Part shown: in pieces, positions 1 to 5,920 of the stretch
Numbering within the stretch: the stretch's first letter is position 1
How the letters are laid out: every line of letters starts with the position of its first letter
Notes under the pieces: generated by a model
Databases searched by the model: none
Seen by the model: the letters and a program-made list of their open reading frames with translations, nothing else
What the model was told of the DNA's origin: nothing
Made by a program: the position numbers and the translations under genes
DNA from: Armatimonadota bacterium
Lineage (GTDB): Bacteria > Armatimonadota > Zipacnadia > Zipacnadales > UBA5352
NCBI GenBank assembly: GCA_034722055.1
Contig: JAYENL010000096.1
Coordinates: forward strand, 1 to 11,162
Length of the DNA stretch: 11,162 nucleotides
Reading direction: 5' to 3'

Positions 1-52
1 CCTGGCTCGCCTGCGAGCCTCCGGACACTCCTGTCCGTGCGTCGTGTGCCGT
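1..52. repeat. Repeat block A copy 1 (double hairpin; may extend beyond the window edge)
   Basis: cct-GGCTCG-cctg-CGAGCC-tc-CGGACA-ctcc-TGTCCG-tgcgtcgtgtgccgt; direct imperfect repeat of 5713-5762. Confidence 0.8.
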
Positions 53-53
53 T

Positions 54-79
54 GTCGGGCTGGAAGCCCGACCTACGCG
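54..79 (-). repeat. GTAG-family REP palindrome (copy 1)
   Basis: Minus strand CGC-GTAG-GTCGGGCT-TCC-AGCCCGAC; exact reverse complement of 228-253. Confidence 0.85.
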
Positions 80-96
80 AAGGATGGAGACAATGA

Positions 97-171
97 CAAC
101 GACCGGGCCGGGACGGAGACCGGCCCTTCCAAACGGCACGGCAAACGTCGTGAGAGGGTCCGTCCTGAGGA
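97..171. repeat. Repeat block B copy 1 (REP-like hairpin plus tail)
   Basis: caacgacc-GGGCCGG-gacggaga-CCGGCCC-ttccaaac..gcaaacgtcgt..ccgtcctgagga; direct imperfect repeat of 5564-5637. Confidence 0.85.
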
Positions 172-227
172 TGGGGCCAAAGCTGGACGAAGCCGGTCCC
201 CGCGCCGTCGGGACAGCAGGTTCCTCC

Positions 228-253
228 CGCGTAGGTCGGGCTTCCAGCCCGAC
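228..253 (+). repeat. GTAG-family REP palindrome (copy 2)
   Basis: CGC-GTAG-GTCGGGCT-TCC-AGCCCGAC: GTAG tetramer followed by an 8-bp stem. Confidence 0.85.
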
Positions 254-350
254 GCCGTTTCCCGACCGCCCGTTGCTCTGGCAACCGCCCCTCCATCGTG
301 AGCGCAAGGCTGTTGTCGTGATGCAAGATGATACGCGAACTCCGGCGGCA

Positions 351-2582
351 CTACCGCCGCGCAATCAGCGGCAGCGACGCCACCAGAGCCGCGCCCCCCA
401 GCACCGCCAGCAGGCGAGCAGTGGCCGGCAGGCCCATCATCGGCACCAGCAACACGCTCACCGCGGCCGCACCCGCGGCGCCTCCTACCAGGTCCAGCGC
501 ATAGAGCGATGATGCCGCCCGGGCCTCCCTGCCGCCCATGAGGCCGACGCCCAGCGGGAAGGCGGCACCGGTCAGCAGGCTCGCGGCCAGCGCCACAAAG
601 CCCAGCACAACGGTGGCCAGGGCCGGGATCGCGGAGCTTACGGCCATCAGCCAGGGGAAGCTGACGCACAGCGCGACGAAGATGCCGCTGATGCCAGCGA
701 ACAGCGCCGGCCGCCACGTATCCTTCTGCGTGCGCGCCAGCATCGCTCCCAGTGCCAGCCCCAGCATGTTGAGCGTCATCAGCAGGCCGATCTGATGATA
801 CAGGTAGCCCGCGATAGCCTGGAAGGCGAACAGCACCACGAGCTGCACGGCCATCTCCAGCAGTCCGATGATCAGGATGGCGGCCCCCACCGCGATCCGC
901 CGGTAGCTCCCCCGCCGGCTGAGCGTGAGCGCCGCCAGCAGCGCCAGCGCCGTCAGCCCCCAGGCCGCCGTCCGCGCCGCCTCACCCACGCGGCTCAGCC
1001 ACCCCAGCTCCGCGCGCGGCCAGAACTGCCGCGCCCACAGCCGCATCTGCAGGTGATAGGCCACCGGCCGGAAGTCGGTGTTGGTGGGCGCGTCGGCGGC
1101 CTCGCGCACCGCCTCAAGCGCCATCTCACACGCCAGGGGGTTCAACGCGGCCTCCAGCGTGAAGGGCGTCAGGAACTGGGTCTCGACGTCTCGCTTCTCG
1201 AGCTGTTGCGCGATGCTCCCGGCGCCCGCGTTGTCGCCCGCCAGGAAGTAGAGGCGCTCGCCGATCGGCAGCACCGCCCGCTCGGAGAAGGACTCCCCCA
1301 GTGCCCGCCACACGCCGCCGACCGTCAGGCGCCGCTCGCCGGTGAGGGTGGTGCGCGGCGAGCTCAGAGTCGTCATCAGCACGCCGCCCTCCCGGAGCGC
1401 CCGGCGCGCCTCCCTGAAGGCCTCCTGTGTGTAGTAGCGGTTGATGACCGCCGTAGTGGGATCCGGCAGGTCGGCGGCGATCACGTCGTAGTGGCGATCG
1501 GCGGCCTTCAGGAAGGCCCGGCCATCGGTGAAGTGCAGGTGCAGTCGAGGGTCGCTCAGCGCGGCCGCCAGCTTCGCGGGCACGTGGCGCCAGACGAACT
1601 CGATCCCCCGGCGATCCAGCTCCACGTAGTGCACCTCGCGCACGGGGTGCTTGAGGGCCTCACGGACAGCCGGCGGGCCGCCGCCGATCATCAGCACCCG
1701 CCGGGGCTGTGGATGCGCCGCCAGCGCGATGTGGACGGACTCGGCGTCCTGCTGGGGGCCGGTGGCGAAGGCGGGCACGCCATCGTGGGAGAACGTGAGC
1801 TGGTCGTGCTGCCGGCTGACGCTCCAGAGGCCGTAGCGCGTGTTCGTCCACGCCACCAGGTCGCGCTTCCAGCGGACCTGCATCAGCGCCCGGTCGATGC
1901 CGTGCGTCACCGCCGGCCAGGCTGCCGGCACGATGCACGCCGCAGCCAGCGCGCCGGCGGCAACGGCGGCACCGCCCCGCTCCGCCGCGGCTGCGACCCA
2001 GCAGGCGAGCACGCAGTTGAGGGCGCACAGGCCGCTCACGGCGGCCACGACGTTGAGGTGATCTGCCACCAGGAAGTGAAAGAGCACGCCGGCCGCCACC
2101 GCCCCGGTGGCCTCCAGCACGTAGACGGCGCTGGCGCCTCGCTCGCTGATTCCCTCCAGAAGCGCGCAGCCGAGGGCAAACTGGGCCCCCAGCACCAGGC
2201 ACGCCGGCGCCAGGGCCGCCGCCGTCAGTGCCAGCGCGGACAGCGGCGATGCGATCTGGCCGGGGAACTGGCCCTGCTGGCCCGCCAGCCGCGCCAGCAC
2301 CAGCCCTCCGGCCATCAGCGGCGCCAGGGCCAGCTCGCTGCCGGCCAGCAGGCCGGGCGTGGCGCGCCTCGTGGAAAGGCGTCCGCCGACGGCGCTGCCC
2401 GCCGCCACCAGCAGCAGCCACGCCAGCAGTATGATGCCGATGATCAGCTCGTTGCCTACGAAGGAGACCAGCAGCTCGCGGGTGATGACGACCTGATACA
2501 TCAGGGCCGTGAACCCCACCCCCGCAAGGGCAACGGAGAGAGGGCCCAGCAGGTGCTGTGGATCGTCGCTACGACCAGACAC
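351..2582 (-). CDS. Fused MFS-like membrane protein / spermidine synthase-like (class I SAM-binding) domain, ~14 TM
   Basis: 743 aa. About 7 hydrophobic helices, then a soluble Rossmann domain (RRVLMIGGG, VHYVELD, DGRAFL, YDVIAADLPDP, YYTQEAF, LREGGVL), then about 7 more helices. The GTG start overlaps the amrS stop by 14 nt. Confidence 0.85.
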   Translation of the reverse strand: MSGRSDDPQHLLGPLSVALAGVGFTALMYQVVITRELLVSFVGNELIIGIILLAWLLLVAAGSAVGGRLSTRRATPGLLAGSELALAPLMAGGLVLARLAGQQGQFPGQIASPLSALALTAAALAPACLVLGAQFALGCALLEGISERGASAVYVLEATGAVAAGVLFHFLVADHLNVVAAVSGLCALNCVLACWVAAAAERGGAAVAAGALAAACIVPAAWPAVTHGIDRALMQVRWKRDLVAWTNTRYGLWSVSRQHDQLTFSHDGVPAFATGPQQDAESVHIALAAHPQPRRVLMIGGGPPAVREALKHPVREVHYVELDRRGIEFVWRHVPAKLAAALSDPRLHLHFTDGRAFLKAADRHYDVIAADLPDPTTAVINRYYTQEAFREARRALREGGVLMTTLSSPRTTLTGERRLTVGGVWRALGESFSERAVLPIGERLYFLAGDNAGAGSIAQQLEKRDVETQFLTPFTLEAALNPLACEMALEAVREAADAPTNTDFRPVAYHLQMRLWARQFWPRAELGWLSRVGEAARTAAWGLTALALLAALTLSRRGSYRRIAVGAAILIIGLLEMAVQLVVLFAFQAIAGYLYHQIGLLMTLNMLGLALGAMLARTQKDTWRPALFAGISGIFVALCVSFPWLMAVSSAIPALATVVLGFVALAASLLTGAAFPLGVGLMGGREARAASSLYALDLVGGAAGAAAVSVLLVPMMGLPATARLLAVLGGAALVASLPLIARR

Positions 2583-3741
2583 CGGGGATCTTGTTCCCGC
2601 AGAACCGGCAGGCGCCGTTCGGCTTCACGTGCGTCTCCCGGACCTGGAAGCCGTAGCGCCGGACCACCACCTCGCCGCAGGAGGCGCAGTAGGTGTTCTC
2701 ACCGGCGTGGCCGGGGACGTTCCCGAGGTAGACGTAGTCCAGGCCCTCCTCGCGGGCGGCGTTTCGGCACTCTTCGAGTGTGCTCACGGGGGTCGAGGGG
2801 AGCTTCGTGAGCTGGTAGGCGGGGTGGAAGCGCGAGAAGTGCAGCGGCACTCCCCGCCCCACAGCGCGCTTGAGCCACCGGGCCATCTCCCGAATCGTGT
2901 CGAGGTCATCGTTGACCGTGGGCACCACGAGATAGACGATCTCCAGCCACTTGCCCAGCGCCTGCACCCGCTTGATGGTCATCTTCACTGGCTCCAGAGT
3001 CCCGCCAGTGTAGTTATTGTAGAAGTCCGTGGTGAACCCCTTGAGATCGACCTTGATGGCGCCGAGGTGCGGCGCCAGCTTCAGCATCGGCTCCCGGTTG
3101 ATGTACCCGTTGGAGATCATCACCGGCTTGAGCCCCTGCTGCCTCGCCAGCTTCGCGGTGTCCAGCATGTACTCATAGAAGATGGTGGGCTCGTTGTAGG
3201 TGAAGGCCACGGCCTCGCAGTCGTACTCCCGGGCCTTGCTGACGAGCGTCTCGGGCGAGAGAGGGATCGGCCGGTCGAGCTGCTCGGGCCTGATCTGCGA
3301 GATCTCCCAGTTCTGGCAGTCTTTGCAGCGCATGTTGCAGCCCACGGTGCCGACCGAGAACGCGCGGCTGCCCGGCAGGTAGTGGAAGAGCGGCTTCTTC
3401 TCGATGGGGTCGATGTTCACCGCCGCCGCGGTGCCGTAGACCAGCGTGTAGTAGGTGCCTCCGCGGTTCTCGCGGACGCCGCACACGCCCCTCCCGCCGT
3501 CGCCCACCGCACACCCTCGCGGACACAGCCTGCACTGGACGTTACCACCGGGCAGCTTATCGTAGAACATCGCCTCATGCGCATCTGAGGCTCCCGCGAC
3601 GCTCTCGACGCCCCGCAGCCCGCTGCCGACTACGCCCGCGAGTGCGCCGGCGCCGCCCAGCGCCAGCCCCCCGCCCACGAGCAGCTTCAGCATCGATCGC
3701 CGATCCATCGTCTCCTTCTCTTCGCGTGTCTCCTCGCCCAC
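2569..3741 (-). CDS. amrS: AmmeMemoRadiSam system radical SAM enzyme with Tat signal peptide
   Basis: Radical SAM CxxxCxxC (GCNMRCKDCQNWEISQ), N-terminal CRLCPRGC..CGVR, IDPIEKKPLFH, FTYNEP, PLHFSRFHP, YVYLGNV, C-terminal CASC..CRFC. Start is ambiguous: GTG 3741 (GAGG 7 nt upstream), ATG 3708 (AAGGAG 3 nt upstream) or GTG 3756. Confidence 0.93.
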   Translation of the reverse strand: MGEETREEKETMDRRSMLKLLVGGGLALGGAGALAGVVGSGLRGVESVAGASDAHEAMFYDKLPGGNVQCRLCPRGCAVGDGGRGVCGVRENRGGTYYTLVYGTAAAVNIDPIEKKPLFHYLPGSRAFSVGTVGCNMRCKDCQNWEISQIRPEQLDRPIPLSPETLVSKAREYDCEAVAFTYNEPTIFYEYMLDTAKLARQQGLKPVMISNGYINREPMLKLAPHLGAIKVDLKGFTTDFYNNYTGGTLEPVKMTIKRVQALGKWLEIVYLVVPTVNDDLDTIREMARWLKRAVGRGVPLHFSRFHPAYQLTKLPSTPVSTLEECRNAAREEGLDYVYLGNVPGHAGENTYCASCGEVVVRRYGFQVRETHVKPNGACRFCGNKIPGVWS

Positions 3742-3745
3742 ACTC

Positions 3746-5365
3746 TCACCTCTCACCCTCAGCGCCCCGCAGAACCGCCTCGCTGAAGACCTGCGCGGTG
3801 AAGACCTGCAGCGTCGCGCCCTTCTGCCAGGCGTCGGGCGGCAGGCCGGCCTTCTCCGCGCACAGATGCGCCAGCATCTCCTCCCTGTCCCAGCCCTGCT
3901 CCGGCGCCACCTGGGGCAGGAAGACCCCTCGCCGCCGGCCCTGGCTCACGATGACGCCGTGCTCGCCGACCATGATCTCCTCCGGATCATCCACGGTCCG
4001 CAGCGGCGAGAGCACGCTGATCTCGATCTCCAGCTCGTCCACCTCGGCAGCGGTCACGGGCATGAAGCGCGGGTCCTCCGTGGCCGCCGACGCGGCCGAG
4101 GAAATCACCGCCTCGCCCAGGGGCTGGCGCGCCTGCAGCGAGCCGATGCACCCCCGCAGGCGTCCCTGCTTATTGAGCGTCACGAACACCGCCCGCTGCG
4201 GCTGGAAGGCAGGATCGTCCGCAGGCGGCTCTGGAGGGGCCTCGCCGGCGGTGACCGCCTCGACAGTCTCCCGCGCCAGTGCCAGCAGCCGCCGCTGCTG
4301 CTCCGCGTTGAGCTCCCCGGCTTCAGCGGTCTGCCGCGGGGGGCCCTCGTCCCGAGCCGCGGCCTCAGTGTCCTCGCGGCCCTCACGCGCGCAGAACGCC
4401 GCTGCGCCATAGCCCACGCACTGGCCCTTCTCGCCCATGGGGGAGTCGCCGGAGTTGGCGTAGTCGATCACCACTGCACTGTCGGCGCCAAGCCGCCGCG
4501 CGGCCTCCATCACCACCGCGACCGGCCCCAGCCCGCACAGCGTGCAGCTCAGGTTCGCCATCCCCTCGGCCATCAGCTCTGCATCCCTTTCGCGCACCGC
4601 TTCCGCGTCGAAGCTGGCGATGGCCTCCAGCATCGCCCGGTCCACGCGGTTGGCGTCCTCGTAGGCCGGGTAGTGCGACATGTCGGTGCTGGCCACCAGC
4701 AGCACGGAGCGATCCGCCGCGACCTGCACAATGGCGTCCGCCGCTGCGGAGCAGTTCTCCTCCGAGAAGTCGTGCATCACCAGAGGGACGATGGCGAAGT
4801 CGTCCAGCACCATCTGCAGGAAGGGCAACTGCACTTCGAGGCAGTGCTCCGTGCCGTGCGCCTGCGCGCTGCGGTGGAAGCGGTCGGACGCCTCCGCCAG
4901 CGCCGCGCACAGCTCCCGATCCACCGGCACCTCACCCAGCGGCGTACGCCAGACGTCGGAGGCGGGCAGGGCTATGCCCTGGGTGGGCCATCGGTGGCTG
5001 GGTCCGATGATGATGACCGTGTCGTAGTCGGCGCCTCGGAGCTGAGCGTAGGCGGCCGCCGCTATCGACCCGGAGTAGACGTAGCCCGCGTGGGGAGCCA
5101 TGAGCCCGATCACCGGACCAGGCAGCTCCGCCGCCTCGGCCTCCTCGAGCATCTCGCGGACCGTCGCCCGCAGCTCATCGGGATCGCCGGGGTAGAAGGC
5201 GCCTGCGACGGCGGGCTCGCGCACCGTCTCGGCCGCGGGCTCGTCCGCTACGCCGATTTGTGGAGCAGCGTGTGCGTCAGAGGGCTGAGGCGGCCGGCAC
5301 CCCCACAGAGCCAGCGCGCCCAGCAGCCCCATCGCAAGCAGAGCGCCGGTCACGCGTCGCTTCAC
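3746..5365 (-). CDS. amrB: Fused AmmeMemoRadiSam protein B (Memo-like) and protein A (AMMECR1), predicted lipoprotein
   Basis: Memo motifs REPAVAGAFYP, APHAGYVYSG, IGPSH, TPLG, EHCLEVQLPFLQ, ASTDMSHY, LCG, YANSGD, VGY. AMMECR1 motifs from ~4315 down: VFVTL, LRGCIG, EDPRF, EISVLSP, FLPQVA, KAGL. Start reassigned to GTG 5365 (GGAGG at 5375-5379), giving 539 aa beginning MKRRVTGALLAMGLLGALALWG-C. Confidence 0.93.
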   Translation of the reverse strand: MKRRVTGALLAMGLLGALALWGCRPPQPSDAHAAPQIGVADEPAAETVREPAVAGAFYPGDPDELRATVREMLEEAEAAELPGPVIGLMAPHAGYVYSGSIAAAAYAQLRGADYDTVIIIGPSHRWPTQGIALPASDVWRTPLGEVPVDRELCAALAEASDRFHRSAQAHGTEHCLEVQLPFLQMVLDDFAIVPLVMHDFSEENCSAAADAIVQVAADRSVLLVASTDMSHYPAYEDANRVDRAMLEAIASFDAEAVRERDAELMAEGMANLSCTLCGLGPVAVVMEAARRLGADSAVVIDYANSGDSPMGEKGQCVGYGAAAFCAREGREDTEAAARDEGPPRQTAEAGELNAEQQRRLLALARETVEAVTAGEAPPEPPADDPAFQPQRAVFVTLNKQGRLRGCIGSLQARQPLGEAVISSAASAATEDPRFMPVTAAEVDELEIEISVLSPLRTVDDPEEIMVGEHGVIVSQGRRRGVFLPQVAPEQGWDREEMLAHLCAEKAGLPPDAWQKGATLQVFTAQVFSEAVLRGAEGER

Positions 5366-5374
5366 CGTAGTTCG

Positions 5375-5379
5375 CCTCC
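5375..5379 (-). promoter_or_regulatory. Shine-Dalgarno of amrB-amrA
   Basis: GGAGG 9 nt upstream of GTG 5365. Confidence 0.7.
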
Positions 5380-5385
5380 ACCGCA

Positions 5386-5415
5386 ATTGTACTCCCGGCG
5401 CCTTGGGGCCGTCAA
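5386..5415 (-). promoter_or_regulatory. Sigma70-type promoter of the amr operon (TTGACG-N18-TACAAT)
   Basis: -35 TTGACG at 5415-5410 and -10 TACAAT at 5391-5386, each 5/6 consensus in very GC-rich DNA, directly upstream of the RBS and amrB start. Confidence 0.7.
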
Positions 5416-5563
5416 GCAGAGGCGGCGCGTTGGGTGCGAATTCCAAGTGTCGGGAGAACGCGCGGGCGCCCGCGCCCCAGTACTTACCTGGGTTCCGCGC
5501 GCCCTACCCGCACCCGACAATCTGAGGCCGCAGCCGGCGGCTTTCACGTGCCTACACGGAAGG

Positions 5564-5637
5564 CAACGGCGGGCCGGGACGGAGACCGGCCCCGCCAAAC
5601 ATCACCGCAAACGTCGTCGGAGGGGCCGTCCTGAGGA
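5564..5637. repeat. Repeat block B copy 2 (REP-like hairpin plus tail)
   Basis: caacggc-GGGCCGG-gacggaga-CCGGCCC-cgccaaac..gcaaacgtcgt..ccgtcctgagga. Confidence 0.85.
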
Positions 5638-5712
5638 GGGCTGTGAAGGCCGACGGAGTCGGCCAGCAGCGGTCGTTCGGTGCCATGGACGTTCCCGCAG
5701 CGAACTCCACAG

Positions 5713-5762
5713 CCTGGCTCACCCGCGAGCCTCCGGACTCGTGTCCGTGCGCCGTTTGCCGT
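5713..5762. repeat. Repeat block A copy 2 (double hairpin)
   Basis: cct-GGCTC-acccgc-GAGCC-tc-CGGAC-tcgt-GTCCG-tgcgccgtttgccgt. Confidence 0.8.
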
Positions 5763-5780
5763 GCGCTGATCCGGGTACGG

Positions 5781-5898
5781 CAACGGCGGGCCGGACGATG
5801 GTCCGGCCCCTCCATACGACACTGCAGCCACTCGCGCGGCGCCCAAGATGCAGTCGTGCCGTTTGGAGGGGCGCGCCTCCGTTCGCGCCCGGCCGTTG
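5781..5898. repeat. Inverted pair of GGAG-type REP-like units (REPIN-like)
   Basis: caacggc-GGGCCGGAC-gatg-GTCCGGCCC-ctccatacgacactgca (5781-5826) faces tgcagtcgtgccgttt-GGAG-GGGCGCG-cctccgtt-CGCGCCC-ggccgttg (5849-5898), ending 22 nt from the glycosidase-like gene's stop. Confidence 0.8.
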
Positions 5899-5920
5899 TC
5901 GTTCCTGCCGCGAAACTACC

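Noticed and set aside
228..300. Rho-independent terminator after the amr operon
   Set aside because: Hairpins are present (235-253, 272-285), but there is no U-tract on the minus strand.
44..350. Small ORFs in the two repeat regions sharing peptides (AGTETGP at 44-301 and in the 5570-5600 frame)
   Set aside because: The similarity is explained by the DNA repeat; variation preserves hairpins, not codons.
351..2582. Calling the gene speE
   Set aside because: Lacks the GGGDG Asp and is a polytopic fusion.
795..3588. Plus-strand ORFs of 671 aa and 359 aa (likewise 8261-9145, 9252-10091, 10098-10838)
   Set aside because: Antisense to genes with clear family motifs; no recognisable domains.
5366..5446. 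N-terminal 27 aa of the 566-aa ORF
   Set aside because: Overlaps the promoter and RBS; GTG 5365 gives a proper SD and signal peptide.
5420..5560. SAM riboswitch upstream of the SAM-dependent operon
   Set aside because: No recognisable SAM-I/II core, and the region lies upstream of the predicted promoter; an Rfam scan would be decisive.
5550..5900. CRISPR array or integron attC array
   Set aside because: Units vary in sequence, orientation and spacing; no cas or integrase gene, and no single-ORF cassette layout.
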